Source: an uncultured cyanobacterium
GTDB lineage: Bacteria > Cyanobacteriota > Cyanobacteriia > PCC-9006 > JAAUQQ01
NCBI GenBank assembly: GCA_963718615.1
Contig: OY970368.1
Coordinates: forward strand, 1,568,001-1,632,000
Length of the DNA: 64,000 nt
Direction of reading: 5' to 3'
This document shows positions 41,519 to 50,726 of the stretch, one piece after another (the first letter of the stretch is position 1; each line of letters opens with the position of its first letter). The translations under genes and the position numbers were made by a program. The notes beneath the pieces are model-generated. The model did no database searches, had not been told where the DNA came from, and saw nothing but the letters and a program-made list of their open reading frames with translations.

Positions 41519-41797
41519 AGTTGTAATCTCTAAGTATGGTCTAGTAGTCGAAGGCGTTATTTCAGCATTAGAGCCCGCGAGAGCTGGTTATCGTTTGAAA
41601 CGTACTCTAAATTTTCAACCATCAACCTGAATCTAGCTAAAGGCAGAAAGTATGATTAAAAACAAAATTTGTGTGGCATGCAAACGATTTAAAGTTGGCA
41701 ACCTAAGGACAAATTGGGTTGCCTTAGCTCAGCCAACAAGCTAGGTCCGCCAAAAAAAACAAGTTTTAACTCTCTTTAAAATCAATCTTTAACTCCT

Positions 41798-43336
41798 ATG
41801 GCGACCCCTGAACATATCCTCGGCATCGACATTGGCACCACCAGCACAAAAGTAGTTCTTTTTGCCCTAAACGGGACCATCATCGGTCAGCACGCCATGG
41901 GCTATCCCCTGTTGTCTCCCCAAGCGGATATTCAAGAACAAGACCCAAACGAGATTTATCAAGCGACGATCGGTAGCGTACGCGCTGTTGTAGACCGCTT
42001 CCCAGAGCAGGCCAAAAGCATTATTGGCATGGCTTTCAGCACGGTGATGCACAGCTTGATTGCCGTTGACGAACAAGGGGAGCTGCTGACGAACAGCATG
42101 ACCTGGGCGGACCGCCGCAGTGAGCCCTGGGTTACCAAAATCCGACGACGGTGCGATGCCCATGCGCTCTATGTCCGTACGGGTACCCCCATTCACCCCA
42201 TGTCGCCGCTGGTGAAGCTGATGTGGTTGCGGGACGAAAAACCTAAGCTATTTAACCGGGCTGCAAAGTTTATCTCCATTAAAGAGTACATAATTCACCG
42301 CTGGTTTGGGCAATACCTGGTGGACTATTCCATTGCCAACGCCACGGGTTTGTTCAATATGAAAGCGCTGGACTGGGATCCAGAAGCCCTTGAGCTGACT
42401 GGCATCACGCCGACGCAGCTATCGCAGCTCGTGCCAACGACCCATATACTCTCGTCGATGAACTTGGCGATCGCGAACAGTATGGGGATTCGTGCTGATA
42501 TTCCCGTCGTGATAGGGGCGAGTGATGGTGTGTTAGCGAATTTGGGGGTGGGTGCGATCGCACCGGATACCGTTGCTGTAACGGTGGGCACCAGCGGAGC
42601 CGTGCGGGCGATGCTCGCTCATCCCCAAACTGACCCCGAAGAACGTCTATTTTGCTATGCCCTTACCGAAAACCACTGGGTCATTGGCGGTGCCACCAAC
42701 AATGGCGGCATTATCCTCCGCTGGGTTCGCGACAACCTGGCCGATGCTGAGGTGGATACCGCATTACGGCTCAAAAAAGATGCCTACGATATCCTGACCG
42801 AGATTGCTGCGACCGTTCCAGCGGGTTCTGAAGGACTTATTTTTCACCCCTTTTTGGCAGGTGAACGTGCCCCCATTTGGGATGCCAATGCTCGAGGTAG
42901 CTTCTTTGGTCTGGGACTGAACCACACCAAAGCCCATATCATTCGAGCCGTGTTAGAAGGGATTATTTACAATCTGCATACCGTCCTAACAGCGCTTGAA
43001 GACGGGGTTGGCCCCGCCAAGAGCATTCGAGTCACGGGTGGGTTTGCCCATTCTTCCCTATGGCGACAGATGCTAGCGGATGTGTTGAATCGCACGATAA
43101 TTGTTCCTAATAGCCATGAAGGCTCCTGTTTTGGGGCAGCTATATTGGGGCTGTACGCCCTAGAGCGCATTTCTAATCTGGAACAAATCACTCAGATGCT
43201 GAGTGAAACCTACGCCCATCAGCCCATGGCTAAAAACGTCGAACGCTATCAAAAGATATTGCCGCTATATGCACAGCTACTCGAACGCTTTGTGCCGCTG
43301 TACGGCGATATGGCCAAAATCCGAACAGACTGTTAA
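41798..43336 (+). CDS. gntK: Gluconokinase (FGGY family)
   Basis: GIDIGTTSTK, TGTPIHPMSPL, SDGVLANLG, GTSGAVR and GERAPIW motifs. Confidence 0.85.
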   Translation: MATPEHILGIDIGTTSTKVVLFALNGTIIGQHAMGYPLLSPQADIQEQDPNEIYQATIGSVRAVVDRFPEQAKSIIGMAFSTVMHSLIAVDEQGELLTNSMTWADRRSEPWVTKIRRRCDAHALYVRTGTPIHPMSPLVKLMWLRDEKPKLFNRAAKFISIKEYIIHRWFGQYLVDYSIANATGLFNMKALDWDPEALELTGITPTQLSQLVPTTHILSSMNLAIANSMGIRADIPVVIGASDGVLANLGVGAIAPDTVAVTVGTSGAVRAMLAHPQTDPEERLFCYALTENHWVIGGATNNGGIILRWVRDNLADAEVDTALRLKKDAYDILTEIAATVPAGSEGLIFHPFLAGERAPIWDANARGSFFGLGLNHTKAHIIRAVLEGIIYNLHTVLTALEDGVGPAKSIRVTGGFAHSSLWRQMLADVLNRTIIVPNSHEGSCFGAAILGLYALERISNLEQITQMLSETYAHQPMAKNVERYQKILPLYAQLLERFVPLYGDMAKIRTDC

Positions 43337-43342
43337 CGCTTA

Positions 43343-43387
43343 GGCGATTGTTGAGACAGCGATTGTTGAGACGGCGATTGTTGAGAC
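43343..43387. repeat. 15-bp tandem repeat (R)GCGATTGTTGAGAC x3
   Basis: Read directly, just after the gntK stop. Confidence 0.85.
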
Positions 43388-43402
43388 GATGTTGCTCTAC
43401 TC

Positions 43403-43620
43403 GCAAAACCTGAAACGAAGCGTTGACGCTCATCCACCCAATCGCTAGGCGATATGGATGGAGATTCCTGTTTCACAGACTCTTGGCTAGATAGCAGCAC
43501 CTTCATGCCGCCACCCCCGCTAGACCGTCTCCACAAGCCTTTTCTTGAACCGTGCGCCCCACGGCTCTTTGTTTGATTACAATTGCACTCGCAATATCCC
43601 GAGGCATCGATGACCCGCAA
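43403..43620 (-). ncRNA. Predicted TnpB omega/reRNA (tnpB 3' end, IS right end and about 20 nt of flank as guide); 5' boundary approximate
   Basis: Inferred from established TnpB biology and the visible right-end hairpin. Confidence 0.5.
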
Positions 43621-44690
43621 TGGGGACAATTATGCCAACGGTCTGCCAGTACCTTTTTCACGACATGACCACAATCAGGACATTGCTGAGAGGTTCCACG
43701 GGCATCCACTTTCAGATACCCCTTCCCTCGCTTGAAGCAAACCCAAGGCAAAATCTGATTCAGGAACTGTCCCAAGCCAGCATCGAGCATGTGTTTGCCT
43801 AAAATGCCACGGGACAAGCCCACTAGATTCAGATTCTCCACCACAATCACATCACCCCGGTCACAGAGCAGATGAGCAATCTTGAAGTGAAAATCCTTGC
43901 GAGTGCTGCTGATTCGTTCATGCAGTTTTGCGATCTTAAGCTGAAGTTTTTTCCAGTTCTTCGACCCCAGCACCTTTTTCTTGAGTCTGCGTTGCAGCAA
44001 TTTCAGCTCGCTTTGCAGGTCAACGAAAAACCGAGGACGATGAACTTGCAAGCCATCCGAGGCTGACAGGAAATATTCCAACCCTACATCGACACCCACA
44101 CACTGACCTACCAACGGGACATCGGGAATGAACAACTCTGCTTGAAAACAGAGCATCACATAAAACCCTGACGCCCGTTTTACAATCCGCGCCTGCTTCA
44201 GCTGGAAGCCTTCGGGATAGGGTCGAGACTGCCGGATAGCAATTTTCCCGATACTGGGAAGATTTACCCACCCGTCTCCCAGTGGAGTCTTGCCCAACTG
44301 AGGAAACAGAAACGACTTCATCTGACCGGGTTTCTTAAACCGAGGAAACCCAAAACCCCGCTCTGCCCTATCCTTGAATGCCTTTTCTAAAGTCTTCAGC
44401 ACTTGCTGAAGGGATTGAGCATTGACAGACGTGAGGTCAGGATTAGTCTTCTTGGCTTGGGTCAGGGATTTGCACTGCTGGGCAAAACCGGGATAGGGAG
44501 CATCCGCCGCCATGATGTACTCACCCTGAATTGAGCAAGCATTGATAGGACACTTTCTTGAAGCAATCCAGTCCTTGCTCTCTTTGAGGGCATAATTCCA
44601 GACTTTTCGGCAAACATCCAAGCTATTTTCTAGCTCCTCAATCTGCTGAGCGGTTGGCTTCAGTTTGTACTCATAGGTCAGTGTTAGCAT
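43503..44690 (-). CDS. tnpB: RNA-guided endonuclease TnpB
   Basis: N-terminal YEYKLKPT, GFPRFK, RuvC D (VGVDVG), E (VVENL), D (PRDIASA), Zn finger CPDC/CPHC. Confidence 0.95.
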   Translation of the reverse strand: MLTLTYEYKLKPTAQQIEELENSLDVCRKVWNYALKESKDWIASRKCPINACSIQGEYIMAADAPYPGFAQQCKSLTQAKKTNPDLTSVNAQSLQQVLKTLEKAFKDRAERGFGFPRFKKPGQMKSFLFPQLGKTPLGDGWVNLPSIGKIAIRQSRPYPEGFQLKQARIVKRASGFYVMLCFQAELFIPDVPLVGQCVGVDVGLEYFLSASDGLQVHRPRFFVDLQSELKLLQRRLKKKVLGSKNWKKLQLKIAKLHERISSTRKDFHFKIAHLLCDRGDVIVVENLNLVGLSRGILGKHMLDAGLGQFLNQILPWVCFKRGKGYLKVDARGTSQQCPDCGHVVKKVLADRWHNCPHCGSSMPRDIASAIVIKQRAVGRTVQEKACGDGLAGVAA

Positions 44691-44717
44691 GGTCTTATGC
44701 TAGCTTAGTCGCCCACA

Positions 44718-45131
44718 ATGTCGCAACAGTTAAACACCATCCACCACTGCTCCTATAATCTTCAGTTCCACTTAGTCGCTTGCACTAAGTACCGACGAAA
44801 GTGCATCACAAACCCCATGCTGGAAAGGATGCGAGAGATATTCGCACAGACGCTCGTTAAGTGGGATGGCAACCTGCTTGAGTTTAATGGGGAGGCTGAC
44901 CATGTTCATCTTCTTATCTCGATCAATCCCAAGGTTCAGCCGTCAAAGTTGGTGAACAACTTAAAAACTGTCTCTAGTCGGTTACTCAGGAAAGAGTTTG
45001 GTGAACACCTTAATCAGATCTACCGAGATAAGCCGATCTTTTGGAGTCGTTCCTACTGCATTATTTCTTGTGACGGAGCCCCTATATCTGTTCTCAGGCA
45101 ATATATTCAACAGCAGGCCGAGATTGATTAG
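44718..45131 (+). CDS. tnpA: IS200-type Y1 HUH transposase
   Basis: FHLVACTKYRR, EADHVHLL (HUH), FWSRSY, RQYI (catalytic Tyr). Confidence 0.95.
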   Translation: MSQQLNTIHHCSYNLQFHLVACTKYRRKCITNPMLERMREIFAQTLVKWDGNLLEFNGEADHVHLLISINPKVQPSKLVNNLKTVSSRLLRKEFGEHLNQIYRDKPIFWSRSYCIISCDGAPISVLRQYIQQQAEID

Positions 45132-45217
45132 TTGCTTCCTGCGGTCGCGCTCCGCTTCACCACCCCTTAACCCTTCGGGTATAGGCGGAGCACTGCGGAG
45201 ATTTCTGGTAGAACGGT

Positions 45218-45529
45218 TCAAATCACCGATTGAACTGCTCGACCTCCTTTTGCGCAAAAGTCTATCACTGCACGGCTCGATCCCAGAACGAGAGCGTGAA
45301 CACCGCTGCCGCTGCTCGCCTCAGTATTGCCCAGAACTCCCAGGGTTTCCAAGATTTCAGAGGGTTGATTACCCATGACGCGGCTGAAGATTTGCGTGAT
45401 GCCTTCGGGGTTGGTGAAATAGAGCGATCGCCCCCCAGTCACCCGATCCTCCTCAGCAAAGGGACGCTGCAATACAGCGCCCCTTATCTCAAAAAACCGA
45501 CTTTGAATTGAAACGAATATAGGCTCCAA
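45218..45529 (-). pseudogene. Remnant of a filamentous-haemagglutinin (TPS) N-terminal domain gene
   Basis: LYFTNPEGITQIFSRVMGNQPSEILETLGVLGN resembles the YFxNPxGIxNIFSRVTGxxxSxIxGTLGVxG core of cyanobacterial FHA-like proteins; the rest is missing. Confidence 0.55.
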
Positions 45530-45556
45530 GACAATTGTTGCCTAGAAGTTCGGTGC

Positions 45557-46552
45557 TTAGGCAACAATCCGTAAATCCGGATATTCCGCCATCAGTTCAT
45601 CCGCACTGAGCACATCCCCCTTCGCTTGGGGTTCCCACAACAACTCCATGCCGTAGAGCTGATCGCTAGAAATCGCGCCAGCCTTACGAAGTGCCGATCT
45701 TAGGTCATCAGCATTCTGAACCTGCGGTAGCTCCAACTTGCCTTGGGACGCGAGCACGAGCGTGACCACGATATACTCCCCTGGTTCCTGGAGACCTGCC
45801 AACGGCCCGCCGCTGCCCTCTCCGCTAATCTGGAGGGAGCGTTCTAGGGATCGCACCTGTCCGTTATAGTTCGACAGGGTTTCCGCCGCTAGCTTGCTGC
45901 GCTCACCCAAGGCCACTCGGTTAAACACCGTCTCCGCCTGGGTCAGGACTGTTTTTTCAACGCTGGTGCTGCCATAGGCCCAGTATTCTGGGTGACGGAG
46001 CAAGGCAAGGACGGATTCTTGCAACAACCCCGAGAGTCCTTCGTTCGTGCTGGTATTGGAGGTTTGGGCAATGCGATCGAGATCCGGCTGTAATTCCCGT
46101 GCCTGGGCAAGCAAACCCACCTGGATTTTGGCAACCGAGACCGCTGGGTTCTCGCTGCTGGTGTAGCCTGCGCCACTGTAGCCGCCGCTGCCGCCTGCAA
46201 AATTCTGGAAGGCGCGGACTAGGATGCTCGCAACTGCCATAAAGACAAGCAAGCTAAAGAGTCCACCGCCCCCGCCAAAAAAGAAGGGCAGCATGAACGG
46301 AAAGCCAAAACCACCGCCGCCATAGCCCCTGCCATAGCCGCCGCCATAGCTACCCCCGCCGCCACGGGGCACGGTGCGACTGGGAGAAGGGGCTCTGAAA
46401 CCGCCAGCTCGACCACCACTGCGGGCGGCGAAGGCCGGGGCCGCTTGGCTAAAAACTAGCCCCACGACAAGTGCAAAGACGACGGCGCGCTTTGTGACCA
46501 TTTTGAGAAAGTTCTTCAAGCTAAAATTCTTCGGGCTAACGTTTTTTTGCAT
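45557..46552 (-). CDS. DUF1517 family membrane protein
   Basis: AFAARSGGRAGG, Gly-rich segment, QVGLLA, ALLRHPEYW and EYIVVTL motifs; start uncertain. Confidence 0.88.
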   Translation of the reverse strand: MQKNVSPKNFSLKNFLKMVTKRAVVFALVVGLVFSQAAPAFAARSGGRAGGFRAPSPSRTVPRGGGGSYGGGYGRGYGGGGFGFPFMLPFFFGGGGGLFSLLVFMAVASILVRAFQNFAGGSGGYSGAGYTSSENPAVSVAKIQVGLLAQARELQPDLDRIAQTSNTSTNEGLSGLLQESVLALLRHPEYWAYGSTSVEKTVLTQAETVFNRVALGERSKLAAETLSNYNGQVRSLERSLQISGEGSGGPLAGLQEPGEYIVVTLVLASQGKLELPQVQNADDLRSALRKAGAISSDQLYGMELLWEPQAKGDVLSADELMAEYPDLRIVA

Positions 46553-46781
46553 GGCTGATGATTGTGCCTGGCTGATGGTGGGGCCAGAATGCGACCATCC
46601 GAATGCTTTTAGTGTATCGCTTTCGTTGGGGGGCGATCGCCCCAGCCCATCTCCTTGGGGGACGGATCTCCGCACCATAAACGGCCTTTATGCCTTGCGG
46701 GGTGGGCGTTGCAAAAATTATGAACAATTTATGAAACTTGAGGTTCCTCACCCTGGGTTCTTGACCCAGATGCCAAAATCC

Positions 46782-47732
46782 TTAGGCCCAAAAATCATCC
46801 CCTTCGTAGGTGACACCGGGAATAAACCAGGCAGCAGGGCTAACGTAGCGATACTGAATGTCGATGGTGTCCAGCGCTTGACGGGCCTCGGGTGAGAGCC
46901 GGTGGGAAGCCGCTTGAAGGTTTTCGGCAAGGCGGCTGGGGTTTGTGGATTTGGGAACGACGCTGGTGCCTCGGGCGATCGCCCAAGCGATCAACAGTTG
47001 CCCCGGTGTAAGCCCTTCAGCAGCAGCAGTCGCAGTTACAACTTTGTTTTCCAAGAGCGGTGGTTCGTCCGGAGATTTCATGCTGTCGGGGCGATCGCCA
47101 GACCCCAAGGGCGAATAGGCCGTCAGTCGAATGCCTTGGTCTTGGCAATAGGCCAAGAGTTTGGTCTGGGGATTGTAGGGATGGAGCTCGACCTGATTAA
47201 CCGCTGGCACAACGCCGGTTTCGGCAATCAGCCGCTCTAGCTTGGTCAGGGTAAAGTTGGAAACCCCGACACTTTTCACCAAGCCCTGATCTCGCAGCTT
47301 TAGCATCGCCTCGAAGGTCCGAGAAAGCGGCAGTTCAGACAGCGGCACAAAGTCTTCGCGGCCCTCGGGCATGAATGTCCCGGCTCGGAAGGCAACGGGC
47401 CAATGGATCAAATACAAATCCAGATAGTCCAAACCCAGGGCGGTGAGGGTTTCGCGGCAGCCGGTTTCCACGTCTTCTGGGGCGTGAAAGCTATTCCAAA
47501 GTTTGGAGGTGATGAAAATTTTGGCTCGGGTGACGGTGCCTTGGGCGATCGCCTCCTGAATTCCCCGCCCCACTTCGGTTTCGTTCTGATAAATCCAGGC
47601 CGCATCAATGTGACGATAGCCCAGACTGAGGGCTTCTTGGACGGCTGGGTAGACATCCCCTGGCTTGGACTTCCAGGTGCCCAGGCCAAAGGCGGGTAGG
47701 CGGTTACCGTCGTTGAGGGTAAAGGTTTGCAT
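46782..47732 (-). CDS. Aldo/keto reductase
   Basis: GLGTW, GYRHIDAAWIYQNE, LDLYLIHWP, GVSNF, NQVELHP and PKS motifs. Confidence 0.95.
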   Translation of the reverse strand: MQTFTLNDGNRLPAFGLGTWKSKPGDVYPAVQEALSLGYRHIDAAWIYQNETEVGRGIQEAIAQGTVTRAKIFITSKLWNSFHAPEDVETGCRETLTALGLDYLDLYLIHWPVAFRAGTFMPEGREDFVPLSELPLSRTFEAMLKLRDQGLVKSVGVSNFTLTKLERLIAETGVVPAVNQVELHPYNPQTKLLAYCQDQGIRLTAYSPLGSGDRPDSMKSPDEPPLLENKVVTATAAAEGLTPGQLLIAWAIARGTSVVPKSTNPSRLAENLQAASHRLSPEARQALDTIDIQYRYVSPAAWFIPGVTYEGDDFWA

Positions 47733-47825
47733 GGGAAGCGTGCTTTTGGATAAGGCGATATGGTATCTAGGCTATCGTCAATTATGGAAGTTTGAATCGC
47801 CCTGTCAGCACAGGACCTCCAATCA

Positions 47826-49727
47826 CTAGCCCACCATCTCCCACGCTAGACCACTGCACTGTGGAAACACAAATATTCCCTGACGGTTGGCTATCGCTCC
47901 ATTCATTAGCCATATCTCGTTCTGGCCTGTTACAGGATTGTTCCACATCAGATCTGACTTGCCATCGTAGTTGTAATCTCTCATTCCACCAACATACCAG
48001 TCAGAACCTAGAAGGTTGTCAACTGCTGTCTCCGTTATAGACATTGTATTTTCCAGTAGCCAAACTAGATTCTCCCCCGTAGTCGGATTACGCCAGAGTA
48101 AATCTGAGATGTCATTCCCATCAAAATCTCCACACCCCTCTAATTCATAGCCCTCAGCGGGGGAGATTTGGGGGGTTAATGTTACAGTTTCTTGCTTCAT
48201 TGCATGGCTATCCAAGTACCAGGCTACTGTCTGGCGATTCGTTGTGTTATACCAGAGTAAGTCATCGATACCATCTTTATTAAAGTCTCCAACTCCATGA
48301 ATTTGCCAGTCTTTATGAGTAATTGAAGGTATGGCTGTTCCTGCTATGGGTTGGTCTTCATTCATTAGCCAAACAACATTTTGTCCTGTAGATCTGTTTC
48401 GCCATACCATATCGTCTTCATCATCTCCATTGAAGTCTCCTACTCCCTGAATTTGCCAATTTTGATCACGAATAAAAGGCTGGATAGAATAGCCTAGCTC
48501 GATCCTATGATTTCTGACTAATCCAACGGAGAGTTGACCAGTTTGATCATTTCTCCAAAAGGATTTAGGTTGTTGTCGATCGCCATACTTAATAACAAAG
48601 CCATCATAATTTCCCTTCGGTTCTCCCAACTCTCCCAGTACACCGCCGACCACAAATACATTGTCAGATTGGTCAATGGTCAGATCATCCGGTGTATCTC
48701 TACCGATTGTTCCAGCTTGATGAAATCCCAAAATATTTCCTGATTCATCAAACTTAATCAAGAGAATGTCATTTTCCCCAGAATACCCATCAAACAGATT
48801 GTTATAGGTTGACCCAGCTGTATAAATGTGATTCTGAGAATCAACCCCAATGGCTGTCACCTTATAAAGAGAACCATTAAAATCCTGTTGCCAGACTAGA
48901 TTTCCTTCAGGATCAATTTTGACAAGAATAGATCCAGCAACATATAGGTTTCCATTTTGGTCAATTGTAATGTCAAAGGCTGTATCATCTCCTGCAAGTT
49001 TAGATGTATTTAGCCATTGCTGTTCTCCCTTTCCATTATACTTAGCAACAAAAAAGTCATTTTCACCTACATTAATTCCTTGCGTTTTTCGTCGAGTAAT
49101 TCCAGTGATGTAAAGATTGTCATTTTTGTCAATTGTGATTCCGTAGCCTTCATCAATGTCAGAGATGTCAACTGACTGGTACCACAATGAGTTGCCCTGT
49201 GAGTCAAACTTCGTAATAAAGGCATTGCTCCCAGTAAGTCCAAAGCCAGATGAGGTGCCAGTCAGGTAAATCGCGCCAGAGCGATCGACAGCAATATCTT
49301 TAGCCGTTTCTAAAGCTGATTTTTTGAATTCACGCTGCCATACTTTTTGTCCTAGCGAATCAAACTTAACCAAAAAAGCATTTGATGCCACTTGTCCTGC
49401 AACATAAATATTGCCTGTTAAATCCAAGCCAATCGCTTCGGGGGTCTCCACTAGGATGCCGGTTTGATCCCCGAGCTGCGATCGCCATACCTCTTCCCCT
49501 TGCTTGTTATACTTAACAAGCATGATGTCATTGTCTAAATTACTGTCTACAGGTTTCTGGCCCTTAAAGCTTCCCTGCGTGTAGCCAGTGATATATATAT
49601 TTCCAGCTTGATCTAAGGCAATTCCTGTGGCTCCATCCGTACTTATTGTTCCTAGCTGATCCATCCAACTAGGTACTGGAATCTCACCAAGTCTTAGCTC
49701 TTTTACCTTGTCAGAGAAGACACTCAT
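47826..49727 (-). CDS. SBBP-repeat beta-propeller fused to FG-GAP/VCBS repeats
   Basis: Repeated IxxDxxGNIYxTG and three GDFxxDGxxDLLW units; AGGAGG RBS before ATG 49727; visibly AT-rich. Confidence 0.85.
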   Translation of the reverse strand: MSVFSDKVKELRLGEIPVPSWMDQLGTISTDGATGIALDQAGNIYITGYTQGSFKGQKPVDSNLDNDIMLVKYNKQGEEVWRSQLGDQTGILVETPEAIGLDLTGNIYVAGQVASNAFLVKFDSLGQKVWQREFKKSALETAKDIAVDRSGAIYLTGTSSGFGLTGSNAFITKFDSQGNSLWYQSVDISDIDEGYGITIDKNDNLYITGITRRKTQGINVGENDFFVAKYNGKGEQQWLNTSKLAGDDTAFDITIDQNGNLYVAGSILVKIDPEGNLVWQQDFNGSLYKVTAIGVDSQNHIYTAGSTYNNLFDGYSGENDILLIKFDESGNILGFHQAGTIGRDTPDDLTIDQSDNVFVVGGVLGELGEPKGNYDGFVIKYGDRQQPKSFWRNDQTGQLSVGLVRNHRIELGYSIQPFIRDQNWQIQGVGDFNGDDEDDMVWRNRSTGQNVVWLMNEDQPIAGTAIPSITHKDWQIHGVGDFNKDGIDDLLWYNTTNRQTVAWYLDSHAMKQETVTLTPQISPAEGYELEGCGDFDGNDISDLLWRNPTTGENLVWLLENTMSITETAVDNLLGSDWYVGGMRDYNYDGKSDLMWNNPVTGQNEIWLMNGAIANRQGIFVFPQCSGLAWEMVG

Positions 49728-49954
49728 GTTCTCTCCTCCTTTATTCAATAATTGAGCCCCTAGCTTTTGCAGTGCAATTGCTCGCTTAGGCTTTCTCATC
49801 TACGGCTTTAACTTAGGATTAAAATGTGAAGATAATGTGAGTATCGATAGCCTTATTAGCCTTTCGTGCAATCGCCATGCACCCTTTCTCTTCCCCACTC
49901 TGGCACACCCTTCCTCCAGACACGTCCTCGCTTGACTCCACACTACTCTCAACG

Positions 49955-50358
49955 GTCTCACCACAACGTTCGTAAGATGATTTATTTGTTGGTGTCTACA
50001 GGGGCGGTGGAGATTATTTTGCTAGGGTTAGCGGTAACCCTGGGATTCCCACTGCCGCTGTTACCGGTGCAAATTCTTTGGCTCAATTTGGTCACGAATG
50101 GAATTCAGGATGTGGCATTGGCCTTTGAATCGGGAAAGGATGGAGTAGTGAAGCAGAGTCCGCGATCGCCCTTTTCCTAGGGACCGCAGGAGCCTTTCTG
50201 ATTATCTGATTGCTATGTATGTGCCCCTGGGAAGGTGCTTACTAGCCACTGAGCCTGCTGATCTGCGCACTTGGGGAATGCTTTTAGCGTTGGGGTCAAC
50301 GGTGTTAATCGCGAACGAGATTCACAAGTTCCTTCAGAGTTGTCTCTGGCACCGCTAA
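49955..50358 (+). pseudogene. Fragmented C-terminal part of a cation-transporting P-type ATPase
   Basis: NVRKMIYLL..PLLPVQILWLNLVTNGIQDVALAFE (TM5-6), then out-of-frame IAMYVP..TEP..TW..NEIHK (TM9-10); N-terminus absent. Confidence 0.8.
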
Positions 50359-50362
50359 TGGG

Positions 50363-50590
50363 TTAACCGCCGCCGACAATGGTGACCACTTCGAGGCGAT
50401 CGCCCTCTTCCATCACCGTCCCCTCCCAAAACTGCCGATGTAAAATTTCACCGTTATATTCCACCGCCACTAAGCGAGGATTCATCCCCAACTGCTCTAA
50501 AAACTGGGGCAGTGTCGTGGCCGGTGGGCAGGATTTTTCCTCGCCGTTGACTTGGAGGGTAAAGCTGGAGGATAGGGCGTTCGTGGACAT
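50363..50590 (-). CDS. thiS: Sulfur carrier protein ThiS
   Basis: LQVNGE...VAVEYNGEIL...LEVVTIVGGG. Confidence 0.95.
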   Translation of the reverse strand: MSTNALSSSFTLQVNGEEKSCPPATTLPQFLEQLGMNPRLVAVEYNGEILHRQFWEGTVMEEGDRLEVVTIVGGG

Positions 50591-50726
50591 CAGGACATTG
50601 TGAGAAAGGGCAGTGGGGAACGGGCAGCGGGGAACGAACAGCAATCCGGGATTGAGTCAACCCCGGACTGTGATCTAGCGCTTCTATTGCTAGCTTATTT
50701 CCCTAGGAAATTCGCGAGAGAACTTG

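Larger units (their letters stand above)
43423..45207 (-). mobile_element. IS200/IS605 family element (IS605 group, divergent tnpA/tnpB)
   Basis: tnpA plus tnpB; right end (minus strand) GAAT-hairpin-TCAA ending at 43423; left end with hairpin starting at 45207 after CTAC. Confidence 0.85.

Noticed and set aside
43343-43387. 15-bp triple repeat as an IS target duplication or mini-CRISPR
   Set aside because: IS200/IS605 elements make no target duplication; the repeat lies outside the element end and has no spacers
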